Shown here: piece after piece, positions 53,750-64,000 of the stretch
How the letters are laid out: each line of letters starts with the position of its first letter
Position numbering within the stretch: the first letter of the stretch is position 1
The notes under the pieces: model-generated
Databases searched by the model: none
What the model saw: the letters and a program-made list of their open reading frames with translations, nothing else
What the model was told of the DNA's origin: nothing
Translations under genes and position numbers: made by a program
NCBI RefSeq assembly: GCF_036588685.1
Contig: NC_086382.1
Coordinates: forward strand, 70,680,001 to 70,744,000
Length of the DNA stretch: 64,000 nt
Origin: Mytilus trossulus
Taxonomy: Eukaryota
Reading direction: 5' to 3'

Positions 53750-54904
53750 TTAATGTGTACAAAGCACAACTAGCACTGTAATTGTGGCAATTATAACTAT
53801 TACAGACGTTATCCAAAACAATACCAAATCAAACGACGAAATAACATCACCCCACGTGATCTCTTGTTTACTTTCTGTTTCATTTTTATAATTCGATTCA
53901 ATTTTCTTCACATTTCGGCATTTCATTAGCTTGATTATGTTCTTTGGAACATCGTCTTTACGATGGTGAAACCGAAGTTCTATAATCGTACAGCACACAA
54001 CAAAAGTTCCCATGCCTAGCTGGAACATTAGATAATATCCCAATATTGATCCAGATGTTTTGGGAAGCTCGGAACTGACAATTGTAAGAAAAACGGCAAA
54101 AGAAAGAAACACTGTAATGCAATATCCCATTTTTTCACCGCTGTCAGCCGGAAGTGCAAAAGTAAACACATTTAATACACCGAGTAGAATGATTGGAATG
54201 ATAATATTCATTAAATAATAGGTTGAATTTCTTTTCAAGTTTAATGTAAATATAACCCTAGATTCGGACGACATAACGTCCTCTCGTGCAGCTGTTGACA
54301 CTACTGACCATTCAGCATTATTTTCTAAGCTATTTAAAATAATTCCATTATTCCACAGAGTTACCATCACATCTGCATTACTACTTGACCACACCACAAA
54401 CACAATGTCACAAGATTGTCGGTCATAAGGAAAATATGTAATATCGATTGTACATTTGGATTCAAAAACTTCAAACGGCATCCAGGTAACTTGTCCATTA
54501 CTTCCTACCTTAGCTTTTATAAAACTGCTTCCAAGTTCCCTCAATTTTGTAAATCCATTTTGTAATGTTATATCAGGTATCCAAATATCTGCTTGTGGAA
54601 CATAAACGTGACCTAATTCGCCAAAGTCAGCTGAAGTCCAATTCAAATACTCATCTATCCATCCAATATTTAAATAACCGGTTGTTGTCAGTTTCTGTTT
54701 TAGTTCGTCCAATTCGTTTATTCCCACAAGGTAAAGATCTAAATCTAAGATCATAGGTTGTCGTTGATCCATATTTGGTCGGACTTGCTTTTTATAATCG
54801 TTTGTTGTAAACAATTGTTTGATAAGATTTTTAACATTATCGCCACTCTGTCCTTCAATCTTTACAAACAGTAGTAGAAAAACGAAATACCCCAAACCCA
54901 ACAT
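53750..54904 (-). CDS. Intronless nicotinic acetylcholine receptor-like Cys-loop channel subunit (non-alpha, 384 aa)
   Basis: Signal peptide, WIPDI, Cys-loop CTIDITYFPYDRQSC, four TMs and LPADSGEK before M2. No vicinal Cys in loop C. Confidence 0.95.
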   Translation of the reverse strand: MLGLGYFVFLLLFVKIEGQSGDNVKNLIKQLFTTNDYKKQVRPNMDQRQPMILDLDLYLVGINELDELKQKLTTTGYLNIGWIDEYLNWTSADFGELGHVYVPQADIWIPDITLQNGFTKLRELGSSFIKAKVGSNGQVTWMPFEVFESKCTIDITYFPYDRQSCDIVFVVWSSSNADVMVTLWNNGIILNSLENNAEWSVVSTAAREDVMSSESRVIFTLNLKRNSTYYLMNIIIPIILLGVLNVFTFALPADSGEKMGYCITVFLSFAVFLTIVSSELPKTSGSILGYYLMFQLGMGTFVVCCTIIELRFHHRKDDVPKNIIKLMKCRNVKKIESNYKNETESKQEITWGDVISSFDLVLFWITSVIVIIATITVLVVLCTH

Positions 54905-56324
54905 TTTACCACTCCATTTTTATGTTCAAATGAATATTCGCCTATATTGCATCTAATTTCCAATATATTTAATCCAAAAAAAATAGTTTTAATTAGACAC
55001 GTAGTTGCTGCATTTAAAATTGTATATCCAATTTACGTGTACCATTATTCTCTCACAAAATTTAAAATGCATGCGTATTTATTACATAATGATTCTTATG
55101 GGAATTCATATTTGACATGTATCTATGAGTATAAAATCACAATACTAACAATAAAATTGAAATGCATATCAAGTATTACTTTTTTTATCTATTTTGTGAG
55201 AAAAATCTATTATGAAAACTTTATTATTTTATGTTAACAAACCCAAAACTCACTGTGCAATCGATGTAAACAAATTATCTAATGGTTTGCATGATCGATT
55301 GTGAATGGAAGAGTTAAGGTATCAAAATGAATACACGGAGTTGAAAGCCAATTTGAGTCGATCAAAAAGTATAATGGTCACGGAGAAGCTTTGAGAGAAT
55401 CCGTGTTTCATTCTTTTTGATATTTAAAAGACGACGAATATATTAATAAAGGAATTCAAATGATTGTATTCCTAACCATCTGTGGCGTAAGTATCGTAGT
55501 TCTTTAAAATCATAAAGATATTTTTTTACACTATTAAATCTCCAAAAAACTTCAGGCAGCATTAGTCTACCAGCAGTCAACATAAAAATAAAAAAAATAT
55601 AGAAAACAGTATAACAAAAAAACTTTATCTACCGTACGTTAATTAGCTGAATTTGATGCCGGACTTTAACACATATCTAAAACAAGAATGTGTCCTCAGT
55701 ACACGAATGTCCCACTCGCACTTTCATTTTCTATGTTCAGTGGACCGTGACATTGGGATAAAACTCTAATTTGGCATTACAATTAGAAAGATCATATCAT
55801 AGGGAACATGTGTACTAAGTTTGAAGTTGATTGGACTCCAACTTCATCAAAAATTACCTTGACCAAAAACCTGAAGCGGGACAGACGGACGAACATACTA
55901 AGAGATGTATGTGGTATGAATTTTACAGTGACTTGACTGATAGTGTTGCTCTCCACCACTTGCAACTCCTCATTCAAAATTTTGTCCATAAATGCAATTT
56001 GTTTTATTAAACTAAATGATTCAACTGGTCAGAATATTTAACAAATTGTTCAGTCAAAATGTGAAAGTGCAAGGAGATAACATAAAGCATACTTACAATC
56101 CTATAAGACTTTAACTCCACTTAAATGATGTTGTGACAAAATTAGTCACATTATGTTTTATTTTATCCCCTTGCACCTTCATGACTCGGTTGTGGTTTTC
56201 TACAGCAGTTAGTTCAAACTTCTGACCATTTACACTGTAATATGACACGCAACAATGCAATGTTCAAGTGAAGTGGATCAAAATAATTATATGGCCACCA
56301 TATGATAATTTATAAAAGAAAAAC

Positions 56325-56712
56325 TTTTTTATAGTTCGTTCTTATGTTGTACTGTTATACCACTATCTTAGGTTAGGGAGAGGGTTGGGACCCCGCTAAT
56401 ATGTTTAACCCTGCCAAATTATTTATGTATGTGCCTGTCCCAAGTCAGGAGTCTGTAATTCAGTGGTTGTCGTTTGTTTAAGTGTTACATATTTGTTTTT
56501 CGTTCATTGTTTTACAATAATAAGGCCGTTAGTTTTCTCATTTGAATTGGTTTACATTGTGTTATCGGGGCCTGTTATAGCTGACTATGCGGTATGGGTT
56601 TTGTTCATTGTTGAAGGCCGTACTGTGACCTATACTTGTTAATGTTTGTGTCATTTTGGTCCTTTGTGGATAGTTGTCTCATTGGCAATCATACCACATC
56701 TTCTTTTTTATA
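56325..56712. mobile_element. Near full-length abundant SINE-like repeat (fragments at 3826-3980, 7040-7180, 28020-28088, 37110-37480, 59455-59503, and inverted at 33598-33722)
   Basis: Shared CATTGTTGAAGGCCGTAC and AGTTGTCTCATTGGCAATCATACCACATCTTC blocks. Confidence 0.8.
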
Positions 56713-57976
56713 TAATTATACATCTCTCGTTTTCAACTTGTTTGGTATGAGCACTCTTCATAAAGTAAAGCTAGTTATTAACTGTAAATTTAATGTACAC
56801 ATATCCGAGTCGATTGACAAAAAATTTACAATTCCAGTGTATTTATTTCATAGTAATTCTTCAAAATAAATAGAGTTACGAATATATTTTATTATCAGCC
56901 CTAACATTGACAAAAAATTATAGTTATTCTTGATAAAATTTAAAATTGCTTTTGTCTTGATTATAAATATTGCACATATACCTTCAACTTTCGAAATTTC
57001 TGTAATCTGAACCTTATCCTTTTGATACCAATACATTTTTTTTAAAGAAGAACTTCTAGATATTCGTATCATTTAAATATTAAATGCAATACAAACTCAA
57101 TTAAACAGTAATAACTTAATTTTGCACACTCTACACTCCTATTCTCAAACCTCATATGGATTTTCAATTGTTAAAAGCCATCATAACCTTTTGTGCCTAT
57201 CATGGTCCTATTCAGTTTATTATTGACTTTATTATATTTTGCTTTGTGTAAAAGGATCAACGAGATTTTATTTACATGTACATACATTTTCAGTATATAC
57301 TGGGAATTATACTCTGTTATTTTTTATTGTATTTGGTTAATCAAACTTTAATATAGCTCATAAACAATACATGTTAAGCTGCCAACCTTGGGTTAATCAA
57401 AACCCTAATATAAAACCGTTCAACCTGTTGACGATAACAACCTGTCAACCATGTCGACCTGTCAACTATGTCGACATTATCAACCTGCAGACCGTGTCAA
57501 TTTGTCAACCTCAGTGAGTACATTATTAAAATTGTCGACCTGTCAACATGTCAACCTGCCAACCTATCAATAATATGCAAAACCAATTTACTTAAAATAA
57601 AAATACAGTTCTGCACTATTTGTTCCGTATACTTCATTTTATCCGAAATTTCTCCGACTACGCCATCTCATTTATAGCAATTGCCTACGCTAAAAATATT
57701 TTTTTTTTTATCTCCTAATGGCTTGTCCAAATCTCTTTTTTTTATGATTCTTTCCAAATACAAAAAAGATAGAATAAAGGAGGGAGGAAGGAAAGAAGAG
57801 AAAAGATAAAAAAAGACACTGAACAGTAATACATTGAAATTGCTCAAGATCAAGTACTGCAAAAAAAAAATTCAAAATCAAATAGCAGATCATGTATGTT
57901 TTATTCACATAATTATCAGGAACAACACTATGAACACACAACTCAAACATTTTTGTTAATGCTTTTCGAATTAATT

Positions 57977-58272
57977 TCATATAAATTTGAATTCAATTAA
58001 ATATTCCGGATACGCTTGTGAATCTTTAAATATGACAAAGATTTTCGGGTTTTTAATGTCATCTACAACGCTGTCACATAATATATGGTTTTCATGTTGT
58101 CCAAATTTTGATGGTGGATCAATAATACCTGGACGCCCCTGTGCAAAATCTCCGACAAGCACCTTGCATAGATAGACTCTCTTGTGTCCATTTGAATCTT
58201 GTCTACTATATACATCTTGCGCAGAATACGATAACTCTTCATCAAAGTAAACACCGTTCCCATATACAGTAG
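57977..58272 (-). CDS. PARP catalytic domain (mono-ART type), last exon
   Basis: ATVYGNGVYF...YLCKVLVGDF...DSVVD...IFVIFKDSQAYPEYLIEF; aattacag acceptor, phase 1. Confidence 0.92.
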
Positions 58273-59611
58273 CTGTAATTATACAGTCTGTTTGTAGATA
58301 TCATTGAGTACTTGGCATTTGCAAACTTGTACTCATTATACAGTTAAAAAAGTAATTTTTTTAAAGGTACCTATAAATTAACATTATTTAGATTATTCAA
58401 ATGAAGATTTTCTGATGGCATATTCATAAATTATTTAAAGACGATTTTCTAATGGCATATTCACACACTATTTGAAGACGATTTTCCAATTGCATACTTA
58501 TACATAATCTAAAAATGTAAAGAAACTAGGCTTTAATCAATGTTTGCTTACGAACAGAACAGAGATAAAGTTGACATATTGACCTGATATGTTTGCATAT
58601 CCTTTTTTGGCATGTCAATCTCTGTACCATTGATTGTAGTAATAGTTTTTTTTTTCTCGAAAAAAATGTTTTATAGCTTTGAAGTGGAAATGCTTCATTT
58701 AATCCTTTCATTGGAAGGTTGGTATTGAAGTTGGTTTAAAATGCCATTAATACATTTGTCTGACAAGCATTCGAAATTTGACATATATATGCTAAGGCAT
58801 AATAAATTATACTGATCTTTTAAGAAATTATAAATTCTATTGTGAGAAATATAACATTCGCAAATGATTGATATTATGAATAAATCTCTTACTCTTTAGT
58901 TTTGGTCTTTTCATATGTATTTCATTGCGAAGCTTGGAATACGAACTAAAAGACATGATTATTTTGCTTTTGGTTATTAAAAGAGGGACGAAAGATACCA
59001 AAGGAACAGCCAAACTCATAAATCTAAAACAAACTGACAACGCCATGGCAAAAAATGAAAAAGACAAACAGAAAAACGGCTTTCTTTCAGCTTTGCATGA
59101 ACTTTTTTGCAACTGCGAGTACTCACGGATCTGTATCGTGGGTTATATGTCTTTTGGTGTTTGTGTGTTTGTATTTTGTTCGTCGTTCTTTGTTATCGAT
59201 CTGATTAGTTCAGCCCTGTTCAATTATTTTTTTTCGGATAGCACTTATGTTATGCTATTACAATACTTTTTCCTAGAAAAACAGGAGGATGAGGCGTCCT
59301 CAAACACGTTTAGCTTCGTCACCTTCTGGATGAGTAGACTTTATTCAGAAGGCAGTTTTTTGCTTTATATCATATTTGATGTTAGTTTATTGTTTTCAAA
59401 ATAAATGAGATTGCTAGATTTCTGATATGAATTGTTTTAAGATTTTTTGTAGCTTGATTTTCGGCTTGTGTATTGGTCATTGTTGAAGGCCGTACGCTGA
59501 CCGTAAGGCGCCAAAATTCTACTCTCAAATCCTCTTATCTTTGCGATAATGATGAAGATGGTTTATAGCTTCAATTGTATCATGTTATTTTGGCTTTATG
59601 AGTTCACTAAC

Positions 59612-59789
59612 CATTTTTCCCACAATAGCTTCTGTTAAATCCATTGTGATTTATCTTATCTATAGCATCTCTGGAAGTTCCATGCCACAATCTGGTTTCA
59701 TTATCAATTCCAACTGTATTGTGGCTATCCATATGTTTTTTTAAGACAACATACTGGTCGTGTAAAGTTTTATTCTGAATTCTTTCGAT
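59612..59789 (-). CDS. PARP catalytic domain, middle exon
   Basis: IERIQN...NETRLWHGT...INHNGFNRSYCGKN; phase 0/1. Confidence 0.92.
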
Positions 59790-60194
59790 CTGCAACAACA
59801 AAAAGTCAAACTGAAAAATTCGCATGACTCCTAGATTTGTCAAATATGTTTGTTTAAGAGGTAGTTTTACGGTCGTGGTTCATGTATCACACTTTTTATC
59901 TTTATTCAAGTTAGAGTCCGTTCAATGATGACGTGATGTGTTTTTGGTTCTTTTAAAATCGAATAAAGAACAATTGATTACACGAAGTCATTGCCATTGA
60001 CGGAGACATTTCCATTGATAGGAGAAAAACCTCCTACACATTCGAAAGGCAAACTTTTGTCAGACAATAAAGTACTTTTATTTAAAAAAAATTGCATATC
60101 TTAAATACAATTTAAAATATTACCTCAACGTTGCGTTTTTTAAATCCATCAGTACTGTCTTTTTAACATTTTTTTATTTGAACGTCAAACGTGC

Positions 60195-60600
60195 AAACAC
60201 AAAATTTCAATCCTTGTATCTATGATGAGTTTATTTACAACTACTGGGTCGATGCCACAGCTGGTGTTTTTCACTGAGGGTTTCACCAGCCAAGTAGTTT
60301 TCACTTCTATGTTGACATGAATTATCATTGATATGGTCATAATTATAAATAATCTTTTTACAAAACTTTTTTTTTAAAATACTGAGGCTTTTCTACCACA
60401 GGAACAGATTACCGTAGCTGTAATAAGCAAACCTTTAGGAATTTTTGATTCTCAGTGTTCTTTAACTGCGTACTTTATTTCGCCTTTATAACATTATTTA
60501 ATTTGAGAGTTACTGATGACTCTTTTGTAGACAAAACGCGCGTCTGGCAATATCAAAATCCTCATATTTCAATCCTGGTTTCCACGAAGAGTTTGTTTAT
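60195..60600 (+). mobile_element. ~370-nt retrozyme-like unit with a type I hammerhead remnant at 60505-60550
   Basis: CTGATGA-CTCT-TTTGT-AGAC-AAAA-CGCGCG-TC-TGG. The block ATTTCAATCCT...GAGTTT occurs at both ends (about 60204 and 60566). Confidence 0.7.
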
Positions 60601-60790
60601 CAGTGTATACATGAAAACTTTCAAACGAATCCGTATTTGAGTTAATGTCGTTATGCTTTTTTCTTTAAACAACATTTCTCTTAAAAACCTCCTTCAATTA
60701 AACTTCTTTTGTTTGAATAAAAAAAATCAGAAAGAAACACAAAAGACAAAATATTATCATAGCTGTATTCATAAAGAAATACTAGTATAC

Positions 60791-60921
60791 CTTTTTGAAT
60801 ATTACCCTTCCAGGAAAATAATGTTCAAAAATGCTACTTATTGCTTGGTACACTCCGTCACTTGGGTCCAAAATTACTGCCAGGAAAGTATTATTCATTG
60901 ATGTCCAGTTATTCGGCATTC
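60791..60921 (-). CDS. PARP catalytic domain, N-terminal exon
   Basis: MPNNWTSM...ILDPSDGVYQAISSIF...KK then gtatac. The PxxW...L..(S/D)..Y pattern opens PARP14/15-type domains, and phase 0 joins IERIQN. Confidence 0.75.
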
Positions 60922-61540
60922 CTTTTGCAATAGAAAAGAAACGTACATTAAAGGAGCGACCTTTTGATTTTATGGAAGGGGCTAGGAGGATGAGACACTT
61001 TGCCAAAAAAAGACTGGATGACAATTTTGGTAAAAGAAAAGTCAGGACAGAATAGAGAGGAATATAAAAAGACAGGACAGAGATAACAACCAAATAAAAA
61101 ATGAATAAATGCGAACAAAAATTTTCAAGCAAGCACCCCCACAAATCAAATTGTAGCTCCCTTCTATGTATGTGATAACACTTATTGTATTTTTACTTCA
61201 GTTGTCAAAACATGGAGGGAAATAAAACAGTCCATTTCTAAAAAAAAAATATTTCTGGACTCAATTTTTTTTTGGTTTGATTAAAAGTTTATGCTGATTT
61301 GAAACATATATACTGATTAAAAAAAAATTTGCATCTTTTAGGGGATATCAATCCAGGAAAATTGAAGGATATCATGTTTACTGAAAATATTTAAACTAAC
61401 AGCCGCATTCGTTCGAGATGACGTTTTTCAATTATCGGAAACAAATAGCATTCTAAAAATCAACTACTGTCCTACCTGTTATTGTGTTTCAACTGTTTAA
61501 TCCTGACTTTCACATTATCGAAGAATCTTTTCATTGTTAA

Positions 61541-61993
61541 GGTGTAATACCACCAAATCATAGTACGTCACATACGAAAGTAGGCCTAAAAAAATATTCC
61601 CTTGAGTTTGACAGTTGTAGAAAATTAACCCTGCATTTCAATGCACTTAAATTTTTCTGAGTCGTAAATATGTATGTTGGATGTCTGAAAGCATCATTCT
61701 TTTTTTATTTGATGGTCTTATAAAATATTTTGGAACGTTAAGGTTACATAGTAACCAAAGCAGGTAACCAGTAAATAACAGTGTAAAAATTGGGTTGTTT
61801 ACTTCCGGTGATGATTATTTTCTTATATGCAATAAAATGTAGTGTGAAATTGTCACTGTATCACTGGAAAGGATTAAACTTTACACATGCAAAGTATTTC
61901 TTTGGTTGAAATAAAGGTAAATACTGTACAATTTTTTTAAAAGTGCCAATTTAACAAAGACTAATAGGGAAAAATCAATGGTGGTATTACACC
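61541..61993. mobile_element. Kolobok-type MITE
   Basis: 15-bp perfect TIR GGTGTAATACCACCA and a TTAA TSD on both sides. Confidence 0.88.
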
Positions 61994-63269
61994 TTAAACC
62001 GCCATCTCGGTTTTTCTGAGGATCCCTTATTACAATCAACAATTAATGAATGAACTATTTTGTTGTTATGCATTATGGTGTCGTACTAAATGGAATTAAT
62101 ATGGATTTAAATGCACGATTTCTTAATCACTTAATATTAAATATTATATTATAAACAATTAGTTGTGACATTTCCTGTTTTTTTCATAATGATGGATGAC
62201 AGTTACAGAAGGTGAGTTTGAGGATTGTTGTTGTCTTGTTTGTGTCTTCTTCTATGAATTTTGGATTCTCATTCCCCATATCAAAATTTAAAATGGCCGA
62301 CATATCATATCGTTTGATAAATATGGTGGTTTAATCACGATTAAATGATTGGTAGTTTGTTTCTTACAGCAAACCTTAGCACAAAATTACGATACGATTC
62401 GTCTATATTGCAACGTTTGAGAAAAATAATTTCCGAAGTATAAGATATTAGGTAAAAACAAAATCATCTAGCTCTACATTTATCGATTGCGCCATATTAC
62501 TTATTGCCGCACACTTGGCTGAGATTTCTTCTAAAGCTGATAATGCATGTCAGGATACATTTATTTTGTTGGGATAAAGTCTCGCGTTGTTTATATTATT
62601 TGCCTAAAAAACAATAATTTCAAGAAATTGTATCAATGCGTATAAAAATGAATATAAACAAACTAATCTTCTAAATTATGAGTTTGAAGTTAAATTTATA
62701 GTAATTTACTTAGAAACTTTCTAGGTAACAATCAATTTGAACAACAATAATCTACAAGGAATTAGGTTAGGATACATATATAATTTGGAATTAAGAACGA
62801 TTGAAAAAAGAAGTTTGAGTGTCTACGTTTGCTTAAAGACAAATATAATTAAAACTGATTATTTGAATACAAGTATGACAGATGAATCTATATCTGATTT
62901 CAATTTGAATCTTGCAATTTCAAAACAGGACGTAAAATATAGAAAGAGGAAATTAAAACAACTTAAAGTCAAAGAAAAATGACAACGCAAGGCAAATCAT
63001 GAAGAAAAGTCAATAATCAGCAACATTGGAAACTAAAGATAGAGCAAAACGATATCCATTTAAAAAAAGGTTGCTAAAAAAACATGTGCTTCAGAAGAGT
63101 AAGCTGTTCTTGTTCCACATGCTGCACCCGTACAATTAAACTTACAACATTTTGTTTTATTACAATGAGTAACAATCTAATTTGTTTTTTTTTCCTCTCA
63201 TATTTTACAATACCTGATTAACACTAATTATGTTCTGTCTTTATTGTCCAAATCAATTCAATTCAGCCA

Positions 63270-63970
63270 TTTGTTTTTTAAATATTAAGCAGTGCAGCTG
63301 ATACCCAGATCAATACAACATTTAACGATGGAATTACATCACTCCATGTCAACACCTATTCGCGTTGTGTTTCATTTAGATTTTTTATTTTTGCAATTTT
63401 ATCAAGATTTTGGCATTTATTAGCCTAATGATGGTTCTGGGAACATCGCCTTCACGCGGGTTAGCCGAAGTTCTAGACTTGTAAAGCATATAACACAGTT
63501 TCCATGACTAAATCAAACATCAAATACCATCCCAATATTGATCTAGATGTTTTGGAAGGCTGGAATTAACTATTGTAAGGAAAACTGCAAACGAAAGAAA
63601 CACCGTTGTAAAAAACTCCATTTTATCGCCCCTGTAAGCCGGGGTGCAAGTGTAAACATATTAAACATACTCAATCAGATAATAGGAATGATAATGCTAA
63701 TTTTATAATAGGCTGCAACTGAATCCATCATTTTCTACATGAGAAAATGCCTGCACCTAGTCAGGTATATGTCAGTTGTAACTTGTTCGTGTTTAAGCTT
63801 TTCATTTTTCCATTTGCTAAGGGATATTCCGTTTAACTTTCTTCCTCGGAGTTCTATATTTTCATTGTTTTATTTTTAAACTTCATGCTGTCAAGTGTGA
63901 TTTCATTATTCTGTAGGGTTACAATCACATCTGAAGTGCATCAGCTAGTGTCAGATAAGCTAAACAGATA
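63270..63970 (-). pseudogene. Decayed paralog of the nAChR-like gene
   Basis: Colinear with 53790-54400 (ATCCCAATATTGATC.AGATGTTTTGG; TTAC.ATCACATCTG; LTWSDVIPSLNVVLIW). Contains 1-bp deletions and a repeat insertion at ~63715-63880. Confidence 0.8.
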
Positions 63971-64000
63971 TAAACTGTATAGTTCTTTTAATTGACATAT

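Noticed and set aside
58837-59404. 159-aa and 91-aa ORFs in the PARP intron
   Set aside because: They overlap dispersed repeats and show no domain.
1-64000. Prokaryotic or phage system, tRNA or rRNA genes
   Set aside because: Spliceosomal introns, LINEs and low coding density indicate an animal genome. No tRNA or rRNA signature was recognised by eye.

Overview
This is AT-rich, repeat-dense animal DNA with spliceosomal introns. The repeat repertoire and gene families point to a bivalve, most likely Mytilus (inference). Supported genes: (1) a disrupted intronless B-box/coiled-coil/beta-propeller (TRIM-like) gene (-, 15.6-17.3 kb) between two LINE fragments; (2) a solitary, intact but very divergent histone H4-like ORF (-, 23.5-23.9 kb); (3) a claudin/PMP22-like membrane gene (+, 27.6-32.6 kb; one exon not found); (4) a CAP/SCP secreted protein with five coding exons and a Trp/Arg/Asn-rich tail (-, 38.5-45.6 kb); (5) an intronless non-alpha nAChR-like Cys-loop channel (-, 53.8-54.9 kb) with a decayed paralog at the window end; (6) three exons of a mono-ART-type PARP catalytic domain (-, 58.0-60.9 kb). 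Mobile DNA includes two large non-autonomous CAC...GTG TIR elements (4-bp and 5-bp TSDs), a Kolobok-type MITE, Helentron/HINE-like elements, long-hairpin elements, SINE-like repeats and decayed hammerhead-ribozyme (retrozyme-like) copies. Several minisatellites are present, and one multiplies a 5' splice site of the CAP gene eight times. There is one N gap. No rRNA, tRNA or CRISPR array was recognised. All alignments and counts were done by eye.
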